A DNA stretch of 64,000 nt, counting the filler, from Chiloscyllium plagiosum (lineage: Eukaryota): the NCBI RefSeq assembly GCF_004010195.1. It is 15 parts of 15 records of this genome, joined end to end, with 100 filler letters (N's around TTAATTAATTAA, not from the genome) between each part and the next. Parts side by side here need not be neighbours in the genome. Positions count along the whole stretch, not along the records: positions 34,096 to 35,536 come from NW_025155280.1; positions 35,637 to 41,636 come from NW_025199419.1; positions 41,737 to 43,951 come from NW_025178752.1; positions 44,052 to 49,571 come from NW_025204371.1; 11 more parts are not named here. One strand, given 5' to 3'. The stretch's first letter is position 1. Every line of letters begins with the position of its first letter. A model generated the notes under the pieces. It was given only the letters and a program-made list of their open reading frames with translations, was not told the origin of the DNA and did not search any database. The position numbers and the translations under genes are program-made. Positions 35,385 to 47,849 of this stretch are shown here, piece by piece.

Positions 35385-37019
35385 AATGTGACTTGTACAA
35401 CTGCACACAACACTCTTGCTTGGGCATAATGAGTACTTATTTTCAAATTTCTGGATTATTCTGAGGGTGATTCTGGCTCGGCAGAAATTATTACCCATTC
35501 CTTACTGCCCAGAGGGCAGTTGAGACTCAACCATATNNNNNNNNNNNNNNNNNNNNNNNNNNNNNNNNNNNNNNNNNNNNTTAATTAATTAANNNNNNNN
35601 NNNNNNNNNNNNNNNNNNNNNNNNNNNNNNNNNNNNCACAAGACCACAGTGACTCTGATAGCTACTGCCAAACAATACTGTGAGGAAACAGGTCTTTCAC
35701 AACATGCTACCCCTTGACATGACCTAGAAATCCAGCCATGATGCTTGAAGATTTTATTGAATCACCTAAATATTTAGAGTTAAAATCGACACTGTTTCAC
35801 AAGGTCAAATTTTCCTGGTTCCATATGCCAGAAAATCCTACATCACATGATAAGTGATGAGTTGGTGAGGCAGCCAATTATGTAATTAAATTACTTTGTC
35901 CAAAAAACTTTAATCAACCATTACAAGTAAAGCACAGATCATAACACAATAAATGCCCAAATCTTGAACAAGGGACAAATCCATCCTGCCTGACCATTAG
36001 CTAATTGATTGAGAATGTTCAACAACCTTGTAATAACTTTGAGAAACTCAAAAGGATAATGGTTTAACCAATGATCTTGCCTGAATTGTATGACATCCAC
36101 AAGCTAACAGTATTATTGTCTACATTAAAATTTCGGACTTATGCCCGAAACGTCGATTCTCTTGTTCCCTGGATGCTGCCTGACCTGCTGCGCTTTTCCA
36201 GCAACACATTTTCAGCTACATTAAAATTTTGCAATTTAAAGGATAACAAAGGGATAATTTTCTATAAAAAAGGACATTTTTTTAAAGAGTTGGAGTTAAA
36301 ACAAATATACAAAAGAATGGATGATGTGAGCAAAAGAGAAGACAAAGTGATAAAAGTACATTGTTTAGTTAAAATGTTTTAAGGAGTGAACAGCGATCCA
36401 AAAGCAATGGAAGTGAACAGCATATTCAACAGCACAACCATCGAGAGGGGGAGGAATGAGGGGCAGGGGGTCAGAGAGCATGCTCTAGGGGTCTGAAGGC
36501 TCTGCTGTGAATGGTGGGATGAAGTAAGCAGCAATGGCCAGGAGACCAGAGACAGAAGATAGAAGGCAGAGGGAGCGAATGTGAGTCTGCAGCAAGACAC
36601 AGAGTGAGGGAGGAGGGAGGCCATGGAGGCAATTGGCTGGCAGTGAGGTCAGGGGTTATTTTGGAATGACATATGCGCAGGACAGGGAAGGGACCACTCC
36701 ATAATCAGACATGTTGAGGTTTATGGAGTGTGGATTCAGGAAGCTGAGAGAGGACATTGGAATCATCGAGTTAGGAGGTCGGACGAGCAGGAATTAGGGT
36801 TTCTGTGGTCAAGGGGCTGAGGAAGTGCAGAAACGGACAATGCTGTTGAGATTGAAATCAGAGGCCTACATGATGGAGAGGCTGTGGGGTTTGCAGCTCA
36901 GGTACTGGACAGTCCCGAGGGAAGGAGGCCCATGTTTATTGGTCTCTTCTGGAGCACCCATAGGAAGGAGGTCCATCTTTATTGGTCCTATGAGAAGGTG
37001 GCTCATGCATTCATCATCA

Positions 37020-38050
37020 TAGTCATAGAGGTTTACAATGTGGCATCAGGCCCTTCAGCTCAACTCATCCATGCTGATCAAGTTTCCAAAACTGAACTAA
37101 TCCCATTTGCCTGTGTTTGGCCCAATCCCCTCTAAATCCTTCCTATCCATGTTCCTGTAAAAATGTCCTTGAAAGGTAGTAATTGTACTCGCCACTATCA
37201 CTTCCTCTGGCAGCTCATTTCACATACACATCAACCTCTGTGTGAAAAGGTTGCCTCTCAGGTCCCTTCTAATTCTTTCCCCTCTCAACTTCAACCTATT
37301 CCTTCTAGTACTGGACTCTACTACAATTGGGAAAAGACTTTGGCAATTCACGTTATCCATGACATTCATGATTCTGTAAACCTCTATGAGGTCTCCCCTC
37401 AATCTCATGCATTCCCTGGAAGATCATCTCGGCCTATCCATCCTCGCTTTATAATTCAAACCCTCCAATCTTGGCAACATCCCTGTTAATTTATATTTTT
37501 ATCCAAACCAGTGTAATAACTTCCTTCCTATTGCAGGGTGAGCAGAATCGTGCACAGTATCCAAATGTTACCTGATCAATGCCTTGTATGTGATGTCCCA
37601 ACTTCTGTCCTCCCTGCTTTGACCAGTGAAGGTGAGCGTGCCAAATACCTTCTACACCATCCTGTCTACCTGTGACACCACTTCCAAGGAACTATGTACC
37701 TGTACCCCTCAGTCTCTTTGTTCAACAACATCCCATGGCTCCACCATTAATTGTGTATTTCCTACCAAATAAATGATGAATAACAGTGGATCCAGGATTA
37801 ATTCTTGTGGCAGACGGCTGGTCACTGGCCTCCAGTCTGAAGAACAACCCTCTCTCACCAGCCTCTGCCTCCTATCATCAGGCCAATTTTATATCCAATT
37901 GGCGAGCTCTCCCTGGATCTTATGTGATACAATCTTATTCAGCAGTCTACATAGGGGAACCTTGTCTAAGGCCTTGCAAGAGTTCGTGTAGATAGAATAT
38001 ACTGCTCTACCTTTATCTATCTTTCTGATCACTTCTTCAAAAACTCAGTC
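37020..38050 (-). mobile_element. CR1 LINE 3' fragment
   Basis: RLRGDLIEVYRIM...RGNLFTQR motif. Confidence 0.8.
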
Positions 38051-40517
38051 ATCTATTTGTCTCCAGCGGAAGGAGGTCCATGTTTACTGGTCGCTCTTGG
38101 AGGATCCAGTCAGAAGGAGACCCATGTTTACTGGTCTCCTATGAAGAGTACAGCAGGAAGGATGCCAATGTTTACTGGTCTCGATTGGAGGTTCCAGCAG
38201 GAAGGATACCCATATTTACGAGTCTCTATTGGGAGGTTCAGTGGGAAGAAGGCCCATGTCTCTCCACCAGTCAGCTCCGTGAACTGAATTCCACGTTTAC
38301 TGGGCACTGTTGGAGAGTCCAGTGAGTCACGGACACCATGGTGGATGTGGGGTTCAGTTATTTTCTGTTGTAATTGTCTGATGATCCAGCCCTCATCCCA
38401 GTGAAACACCCTGACCCAGAGCCTGATCATAGAAGGGGAAGGAGAGAGGAAGGGATTGGAACATGATGTGGATGGACAGGATGGGTCAGTGGGTCAGAGT
38501 CTGTCCTGTCCCTCCAGCTCACACTGATGGCCTAAGGATCTCCTCTCTCTGCTGGGCCTTCATGGAATGAGGTTTGTGTCCAAACCAGTCCCCAGGGAGA
38601 ATAGGGCAACAACACAGAACTGTCCTTCATTTGACAAGAATCTGTCCATCTGCCTGAGACAAGCTAAATGTTTGGTCAGTGTGGGAAATGGGGCCTTATT
38701 CCAGGAAAAGACATGCTTCTGGGTCAAGGGTGAACATACATCAGTGGGACAGAGCAGAGGGAGATTTATCCTGCATTCAACTGTCATCATCTGGGACACT
38801 GTGAGCAAGAGAGAGAAACGAGACAGAGAGAGAGAGATAGAGTGTGTGAGAGTGTGAATGAGTGAGTGAGTGAGTGAGTGAGAGAGATTGAGGGACAGAG
38901 GGACAGAGGGAGGAGCATTTGAGACAGAGGGAGGAGCATTTGAGACAGTGTGAGATATGTGAGGGGACCCAGAGGGGGGTAGAAATGGTGAAGTTGAGGG
39001 ATAGAGACAGAGAAACGAGATGTCAGACAGTGTGACTAAGAGGGGTGGAGAGAGAGAAAGAGACAAGGAGAGAGAGAAAGAGACAGGTTGGGTGTGAGAC
39101 CAAGCATGAAGGGAATCAAAAGAGAGACAGTAGGGTTGAGTGTGTGTGAGAGAGAGAGATGAGTCTGGTTAAAGACAGAATGACAGAGAGGGAGGGAGAG
39201 AGACTGTAAATTGGGAGGCAGAGAGGGAAGGAGAGAGAAAGAGGGAACAATTGGAGGCTTTCAATTGAAGCGAGAGAGGGAGCGAGAGACTGAGACAGTG
39301 AGAGATGGAGAAGTAGAAATTATGAGATGGAGTGATGAAGTGTGAGTGAGTTGGAGAGAATGGCTGTGAGGCAGTGTGTGAGTGAGAGAGAGAGAGAAAG
39401 AATATGAGAGAGATTAACAATGGGCGAAAGAGAGAGAGAAAGAAATGGCAGATGTGAGACAAAGTGAGAGACGGGCTTATGCCCGAAACGTCGATTCTCC
39501 TGCTCCTTGGATGCTGCCTGACTTGCAGCGCTTTTCCAGCAACACATTTTTTCAACTCTGATCTCCAGCATCTGCAGTCCTCACTTTCTCCTGGAGAGAT
39601 GGACAGTTCCTGGTCACCACATTCTGGAAGGATGTGAGTGTACTCGAGATGGTACAGGTAAGATTTACCAGGGTGCTGCCTGCGATGGAAAGGTTGGAAA
39701 GGTTGGTGTTGTTTTCCTTAGAGCAGTGAAGGCTGAGAGGGGACCTGACAGAGGGCTATAAGATTATTCGGGGCAGTGATAGGGTGAGTAGGAAGGCACT
39801 TTTTACATGAGTAAAGCACTCAATAATGAGGGACAGATATTGAAGGCATGAGCACACAGTAACCACAGCAATAATAGGCCATTCGGCCCTTTGAGTCTGC
39901 TCTGTCATTCAGTCTGATCATGGCTGATCCTCTCTCTCTCAAAGCCATATTCCTGCTTTCTCTCCATTCCCTTCATGCTGTTAAAATGCAAAACAATTAT
40001 CTCTCTCTTTTTTTGAATATATTCAGTTCCCTGTCCTCCACAGCCTTCTGTGGTACAGAATTCAACAGATTGACCACCCTCTCAGGNNNNNNNNNNNNNN
40101 NNNNNNNNNNNNNNNNNNNNNNNNNNNNNNNNNNNNNNNNNNNNNNNNNNNNNNNNNNNNNNNNNNNNNNNNNNNNNNNNNNNNNNNNNNNNNNNNNNNN
40201 NNNNNNNNNNNNNNNNNNNNNNNNNNNNNNNNNNNNNNNNNNNNNNNNNNNNNNNNNNNNNNNNNNNNNNNNNNNNNNNNNNNNNNNNNNNNNNNNNNNN
40301 NNNNNNNNNNNNNNNNNNNNNNNNNNNNNNNNNNNNNNNNNNNNNNNNNNNNNNNNNNNNNNNNNNNNNNNNNNNNNNNNNNNNNNNNNNNNNNNNNNNN
40401 NNNNNNNNNNNNNNNNNNNNNNNNNNNNNNNNNNNNNNNNNNNNNNNNNNNNNNNNNNNNNNNNNNNNNNNNNNNNNNNNNNNNNNNNNNNNNNNNNNNN
40501 NNNNNNNNNNNNNNNNT

Positions 40518-40798
40518 CAGTGGGGACACCACCATGACCCAGTCTCCCCCGGTGCTGTCAGTGGGACTGGGCCAGACTGCAACTATCACCTGTACGGCCA
40601 GTCAAAGTATTTGCAGCTACCTTGCTTGGTACCAGCAGCGAGAAGGTCAGAAACCCTCTCTCCTGATCTATGGTGCAACAGGAGTCTCCAAGCGATTCAC
40701 CGGCAGTGGATCAGGGACCAGTTTCACCCTGACAATCAGCAACGTTCAGAATGAGGATGTCACTGACTATTACTGTATGCAGCGTTACAGCTGGCCTT
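40518..40798 (+). CDS. IGKV: Ig kappa V exon (5' end in gap; 4-aa CDR2 deletion; CDR1 Cys)
   Basis: [65 protein letters not shown]; CACAGTG-12-ACAAAAACC at 40799-40826. Confidence 0.93.
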
Positions 40799-41157
40799 CA
40801 CAGTGATACAGATCCATACAAAAACCTCAATGTGCACAGCACCACCTCCTGTACTGACATATCCCAGAGTTACAAAAAATGTATAATAATTGACACACAG
40901 TCCCATCTCCTGCACTGACACATCCACAGTCACATATAAATAAAGTTGAACAAATTACCCCATGCTGGCATTGTCACTGTCCACAACACACTCCAGTCCA
41001 TGTGGTGTTCACCACTCAGTGAAGGCCTCAAGTTTCCCTCTTACACTCCATGGCCACATGGGAAGAGCAGCTGCAAGATTTAACATTGAAAAATAAAGTT
41101 CACAAACTGCCCGAGCCCAGCTGGACAGGGAGATAAAAAGACATGAGTGAGGATCGA

Positions 41158-41189
<32 letters not shown>

Positions 41190-41265
41190 TTAGAGGTTGA
41201 GAGTGATGGAGGGTAACAAAGAGCAGAGGTTTTGTACAGCCCCTGCACTGGGAGCTCTCACTGTG

Positions 41266-41300
41266 GTTTACGTTCGGTAAAGGAACCAAACTCAGACTGA
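41266..41300 (+). CDS. IGKJ: Ig kappa J segment FTFGKGTKLRL
   Basis: AGGTTTTGT-23-CACTGTG at 41227-41265; GTAAGT donor. Confidence 0.95.
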
Positions 41301-41736
41301 GTAAGTAAACCTCAATCCTCTGTTATTAACCCTTTCAAATTCTAAAGACAATTTCTAAAACACAAACACTGATTGTTGAAAGTGTTAATTGGGAGCTGCA
41401 GTGAATAAAATGGTTGATTGAGGAGCACTGTGTTTAACAGGGTGTCCAGCTGTATTTCTTTAGTTCCATTGTCCCCTTTAAGCAGCAAGATATAAGTCAG
41501 TCAGTTTTACTCACCGTGTGGAGGAGCTCTGTCCATTTGAAGCCTGTGGTCCCATCCCTGCAGCATGGAGTGAAATCAGTGAGTAGCCTCCTGCCAGTCT
41601 CAGTGTGACGGACACGGGCAGAGTTTGATGTGAGCTNNNNNNNNNNNNNNNNNNNNNNNNNNNNNNNNNNNNNNNNNNNNTTAATTAATTAANNNNNNNN
41701 NNNNNNNNNNNNNNNNNNNNNNNNNNNNNNNNNNNN

Positions 41737-41755
41737 TCCATCCACAAGGAGAAAG
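41737..41755 (+). CDS. IGHM: 3' end of an IgM Cmu3 exon (SIHKEK)
   Basis: Identical to the end of the 28909 exon, followed by the homologous intron. Confidence 0.75.
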
Positions 41756-42210
41756 GTGAGCGGTGAGATAAAAACACAAAGCATCCCATGTGTCATCCAG
41801 ATCCAGTGACATCAAAGGCAGGCTTTGATTGGGAATGAACAAACACTATTGGGAGCATTAATGATGCATCTGAAGGCAGGATAGCTAAGTAGCTGATTAA
41901 GAAAAAGATGGACCAAAGGATATTGCATTCTGATTAAGTCAGATAAGGTGGGAAGAAGCCTGGGTTGTGATGTCACCATCAGCAATGGCAATTAGACAGA
42001 ATGCCCTTGTTGTGGACTGGAAACATGGAGACAACTTTAACATTAAACTTTCCTTTTTTTACTGAACAGTATGTGTACCATACTGTTCCTTTAAAACACG
42101 AAAGTGAATAAATCCTAAATTAAACATGGCGTATTTTAATATTTAGTGAAATTGTGATATTGGTTCAGGATTTTTTTGGTTGATCTATATCTGTGTCCAA
42201 TATTCTACAG

Positions 42211-42641
42211 TGATTAATCCGCTGGAGCCATCAGTGTCGGTCCTCCTGCCACCAACAGAAGAAATCTCCGCCCAGAGGTTTCTTTCCCTCACCTGTTTAG
42301 TGAGAGGTTTCTCCCCCCGAGAGATCTTCGTCAAGTGGACAAACAATGACAAGCCGGTGAATCCTAGTAACTACAAGAACACCGAGGTGATGGCGGAGAG
42401 TGACAACACCTCCTTCTTCATCTACAGCCTGTTATCCATTACAGCGGAGGAGTGGGCCAGCGGTGCTTTTTACTCCTGTGTGGTGGGACATGAAGCGATT
42501 CCATTGAAGATCATCAACAGAAATGTCGATAAATCCAGCGGTAAACCGAGTTTTGTAAACATTTCACTTGCACTGATGGACACAGTTAATTCATGTCCAA
42601 TAAAAATCTCAAAGTTGCATTTAATAATTCAACAGAAGTAA
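42211..42641 (+). CDS. IGHM: IgM Cmu4 plus secretory tailpiece (tail extended by an apparent +1 frameshift)
   Basis: [73 protein letters not shown]; internal TM donor G|GTAAAC at 42540/1. Confidence 0.92.
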
Positions 42642-44051
42642 TGAAGTGGTTTTTTTTCCTCCAGCTGTGAGTTAAATACGGAATTAGTTGTTTCCCACTC
42701 TGACTTACATTCCATCTGTGTAGTTAAAGTGGATTATTAACAGGTCTAGGACGGGTGTCTTGTGCAGTTAATGCTCTCTGCTCAGATACATCCTGGGAAA
42801 GACATAGAGTAAAGCTCACTCATTGCAGGATTCCGCCAAGTACCCTATCCATCCTAAATCCCTCTGTGACAAAATCTGACAATGTCCATTTTATGTCAAG
42901 GGTAGGGCACGAGTTTTGAACTTGGTGTTTTTGGTTCCCCCGATTGGACATTCTAACAAAATTCATGTCAGTTTTAAACTGCCAAATTGCACCAATTGGA
43001 AATGTAAATTTAAGACAATTTAAAATTAAATTTGATTGGGACATACCAATCGTAAATAGTGCAGAACAATTTGAATGTAACCTTTGTTTCTGGGGAACTG
43101 CCAGGGATCTTGCGCCAGCGCATGAGTTGACAGAATGTATCTTTACTTTCACACCAAAGAGGTGGAGCAGAGGGGTGGGGAACGACGAATGTTCTGTCCT
43201 CTTGCTCCGTGTGCAGAGTTTTCATGGTAGATGTCCTCTGTAATGTAACCCAGTTACTAACAGGAACAGTCAGCTTCTTGCTTATTGTCCAAAGATTTAA
43301 CATTTCCATGCAAAACAATACCTTTGAAGCATGTTAGACACGCTTGGCTCTGTTAACAAATGATTAACATTGATTCCCATAATCCAAAACTGGTGTTTAC
43401 ATCGTCCCAGTTTGAATTCCATAGTTTTGTCTCAGTTTTCTGGAGCACATGGGATCAATTCTGGTATTCGAATACCTGATATCATTTTGTTTCACATACA
43501 GAACACAAGTAGACATTTTCTAATAAACATATTCAGAAATGTTCTCTCTGGGGCAGTGGGGATTTGAACTCGCGCTTTGTCTCTCATAGACAGAAGTTCT
43601 ATCACTGCAACAGAAGAGTTGCTCATAAAATGCTTATCTCTCCACGACGATCGGAAATGTTTCCTACAACACCAAGGTCAAATCTAATTATGGGCAATGC
43701 ATTAAAATTAGAACAATAAATTATAATAATAAAAATTGCAGTCTGGTATAAGAACAGATACGGAGAGATGATTGCAAATACACACGTAATGACACATATA
43801 CGGGCTCTCACCTAAAGACACATTTTTATGTACACACTCAAGTGTGCATATAGATAAGATGTCACACACGCATACTCGCATAGAGCCACACATGCAAGTG
43901 GTACTTGAACACTCACCAAAGCTCATACAAAAACTCACATACACCGAAGGANNNNNNNNNNNNNNNNNNNNNNNNNNNNNNNNNNNNNNNNNNNNTTAAT
44001 TAATTAANNNNNNNNNNNNNNNNNNNNNNNNNNNNNNNNNNNNNNNNNNNN

Positions 44052-44310
44052 GAGGGAGAGGGACAGGCCGAGGGAGAGGGACAGGCCGAGGCAGGGTGGG
44101 AGGTAGAGGGAGAGGGACAGGCCGAGGCGGGGAGGGAGGGAGAGGGAGAGGGACAGGCCGAGGCGGGTGGACAGGGAGAGTGAGAGGCTGAGGGAGGGAG
44201 GGAGAGGGACAGGCCGAAGCACGGAGGGAGAGGGTGTGGGAGACGGACAGGTCGAGGCGGGGAGTGATGGGAAATGGGGAGGCAGAAAGACAGGCTGAGG
44301 TGGGGTGGGA
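44052..44310 (+). repeat. Purine-rich short tandem repeat (gggagagggacaggccgagg)n
   Basis: Repeated ~20-35-nt units. Confidence 0.8.
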
Positions 44311-44469
44311 GGGTGAGGGAGACGGACCAGCAGGGAAGGGGAGAGTGGGCAAGGGAGAGGCTCAGGCTGGGGAGTGGGGGTGAGGGGTTGAGAGTCTGTG
44401 TCCCTGTCTAACCTCTCTCTCCCTCACTCTCTCTCTCCCTCACTCTCTCTCTCTCTCTCTCTCTCCCAG

Positions 44470-44733
44470 TTAAACCCTCTGTAACACTGACCCCTGTGAG
44501 GGATAATAAAGATCTCTCCTGTATCGCTACTGGCTTCTACCCTCAGGCCATTGAGATGAATCTGTTCCGGGATGGAGTGAGGATTGGTGATTCAGAATCG
44601 ACTGGAATCCGACCCAATCACGATGGATCCTACCAGATCCACAAACGGATGGAGTTTGACCCACAATCCCAGGCCAAGTATTCCTGCGAGGTGGAACACA
44701 GCGGATTGGGGCAGAAGCTGGTCATCTTTTATG
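44470..44733 (+). CDS. MHC class I alpha3 exon, probably a nonclassical (UBA-like) lineage
   Basis: KPSVTLTPVRDNKDLSCIATGFYPQAIEMNLFRDG..TGIRPNHDGSYQIH..YSCEVEHSGLGQKLVIFY; CT-rich acceptor, GTAAG donor, 264 nt, phase 1; lacks both usual Trp residues. Confidence 0.85.
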
Positions 44734-44754
44734 GTAAGGATCTTCCTCAGTGAG

Positions 44755-46203
44755 TCAGGGTCCAGTCCCTCCCTCCCCAGGAGGGGGATCGGTGCTGAGC
44801 ACAGGGTGGGGATCCAGTCCCTCTCTCCCCAGGAGGGGGAACAGTGCTGAGCACAGGGTGGGGATCCAGTCCCTCTCTCCCCAGGAGGAGGATCGGTGCT
44901 GAGCACAGGGTGGGGATCCAGTACCTCTCCCCCCAGGAGGGGGATCAGTGCTGAGCACAGGGTGGGGATCCAGTCCCTCTCCCCAGGAGGGGGATCGGTG
45001 CTGAGCACAGGGTGGGGATCCAGTCCCTCTCCCCAGGAGGGGGATCGGTGCTGAGCACAGGGTGGGGATCCAGTCCCTCTCTCCCCAGGAGGAGGATCGG
45101 TGCTGAGCCCTCTCCCCAGGAGGGGGATCAGTGCTGAGCACAGGATGGGGATCCAGTACCTCTCCCCAGGAGGGGGCACAGTGCTGAGCACAGAGTGGGG
45201 ATCCAGTACCTCTCCCCAGGAGGGGTTCAGTGCTGAGCACAGAATGAGGATCCAGTCCCTCTCTCCCCAGGAGGGGGAACAGTGCTGAGCACAGGGTGGT
45301 GATCGAGTCTCTCTTCCCCCCCAGGAGGGGGATCGGTGCTGAGCACAGGGTGGGGATCCAGGCCCTCCCTCCCCAGGAGGGGGATCGGTGCTGAGCACAG
45401 GGTGGGGATCCAGTCCCTCTCCCCAGGAGGGGGATCAGTGCTGAGCATAGGGTGGGGATCCAGTACCTCTCCCCCCAGGAGGGGGATCGGTCCTGAGCAC
45501 AGGGTGGGGATCCAGTCCCTCCCTCCCCAGGAGGGGGATCGGTGCTGAGCACAGGGTGGGGATCCAGTCCCTCTCCCCAGGAGGGGGAACAATGCTGAGC
45601 ACAGGGTGGTGATCGAGTCTCTCCCCAGGAGGGGGATCGGTGCTGAGCACAGGGTGGGGATCCAGTCCCTCTCCCCAGGAGGGGGATCAGTGCTGAGCAC
45701 AGGGTGGGGATCCAGTACCTCTCCCCAGGAGGGGGCACAGTGCTGAGCACAGAGTGGGGATCCAGTACCTCTCCCCAGGAGGGGTTCAGTGCTGAGCACA
45801 GAATGAGGATCCAGTCCCTCTCTCCCCAGGAGGGGGATCAGTGAGGAGCACAGGGTGAGGATCCAGTCCCTCTCCCCAGGAGGGGGAACAGTGCTGAGCA
45901 CAGGGTGGTGATCGAGTCTCTCTCCCCAGGAGGGGGAACAGTGCTGAGCACAGGGTGGGGATCCAGTCCCTCTCCCCAGGAGGGGGATCAGTGCTGAGCA
46001 CAGGATGGGGATCCAGTACCTCTCCCCAGGAGGGGGCACAGTGCTGAGCACAGAATGAGGATCCAGTCCCTCTCTCCCCAGGAGGGGGATCAGTGAGGAG
46101 CACAGGGTGAGGATCCAGTACCTCTCCCCAGGAGGGGGAACAGTGCTGAGCACAGGGTGGTGATCGAGTCTCTCTTCCCCCCCAGGAGGGGGATCGGTGC
46201 TGA
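44755..46203 (+). repeat. GC-rich minisatellite, about 30 units of ~48 bp (ccccaggagggggatcggtgctgagcacagggtggggatccagtccctct)
   Basis: Directly visible tandem array with variant units. Confidence 0.97.
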
Positions 46204-47849
46204 AACGATATCCTGATCAGACTCTGGATAGTCTGATGTTTGGATAGTGTGACCTTCCGTTTGTTGCGATGGGTGATCCTGGTAACAATGAAGTTGGGGC
46301 TGAGTGGTCCGTTTGCAGATGCTTGATATTGCAGGTGAACTGAAAGGCCTTTATCCTGTTCCTTTCTTCTGGGGTTTCTCACCCACTCTCTGTGCTGGAA
46401 GTCAGAAAGAGAGAGATGGAGTGACTTCCTTTCCTTTTACCTGCAGTGCATAGATGACAATTGCAGTTTTCATCACTGTGACTCACAGTACGCGCCTTCA
46501 CTCGCTATCTGTCTGTCTATCTCTCTCTCCCTCTCTCTCACTCTTAGTCTCTCTCTCTCACATACACACACATACTCTATCTCTTGCTCTCTGTCGCAAT
46601 CTCTATCGCTCTCTTGCTCGCGCTCTCGTAAAGTTGATCGCGCTCTCGCACACTCTCTCGCCCACTCGCTCTCGCTCTCTCTCCCTCGATGTCTCCCTCC
46701 TTCCCTCAAACACACACATGGGTTGAAACAGGCTTTTAACCCTCTTTGTGTGTATATGATTGAAGGGGGAAACCACAGCACCTATCTTCATATCCAGACT
46801 GTTGTTTCTCCTCCCACTGTATACACACACACTCCAATAACTCCCAGCAGAGGACCCTTCCGTCTCCCTCTGAGATTTCCTTCACTCCTGCTGGGAGGGT
46901 ATTCCAGAGTTTCTCTCCAAACCCTCTTAAGTCTCCATCCACAGAACTATTTGACTGTGTCTTTTTCTACGAAGCGTACACTGGAATCAGAAGTTTAATC
47001 TGTTTATAAGTGATCTGGCATTTATTATCTGTTGCCATGACAGTTGGGTACAGCGTGCCCGGGATATTCTAGTGTTCTTGTTAATTGCTTCTTAAATCTC
47101 CCTGTGTTTCAGCAGCCAGGAGGCTGCTACATTTCCAGCCTTCTGAAACTTATGCAAATGAAGTTTAACTCTAATGGTAAAAGTTGGTTCCGTTTGTAGT
47201 CAGGGAGCCTACGTGATTTGTGTGAAAGCTGTTGTGTGCATTGGTGAAGTCTATTCTATAATGATAGATACAAAACTGGGAATCTCCTGTCACGATAATC
47301 CAGAAAGGACTGAGGTGCATACACAACATTCAGTAATCAGACAAGTGGGACTGACAGTAGTGATAACTTTGGGAGACCCATCTATCCATAACCCCTGTGC
47401 ACGTGCACAGTGTTATTCATTGTTAGTGTACATCAGCATGAAGGGCTTTTGCCCGAAACATCGATTCTCTTGCTCTTGGGATGCTGCCTGACCTGCTGCA
47501 CTTTTCCAACACCACTCTCAACTCTGATCTGCAGCCTCTGCAGTCCTCGCTATCACAACAGTATGGGGTGTCTGTGGGTTGTCCGTATCAATTATCCCCT
47601 GTCTCTCCACAGCACGTGGGAGAGTGTCATGGTAACCCATCTGAATACCTTTTCAAAAAATTCCAATCTTTTCACCTTCCAACTTTGTCACGAGGAAACA
47701 TTGAAATCCCTAGCTCCAAGCACAGCAGCTCTCTGAGAGTGTCCTTGCAGCTATCATCAAACCATACTTGGGTAAGCTGACAGCTCGAGATACTAGTGTG
47801 GGGTTTCCTCTGGAGCAAATGTTCAAGCTTTTCATCACTGATCCAGGAC

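Noticed and set aside
2524-46203. Apparent physical linkage of MHC class I, IgM, Ig kappa and NAR-TCR (a primordial immune complex)
   Set aside because: All are on separate contigs joined by artificial linkers; linkage cannot be inferred.
44592-46382. Long repetitive ORFs (198-331 aa) on the minus strand
   Set aside because: Translations of the stop-poor GC-rich minisatellite.
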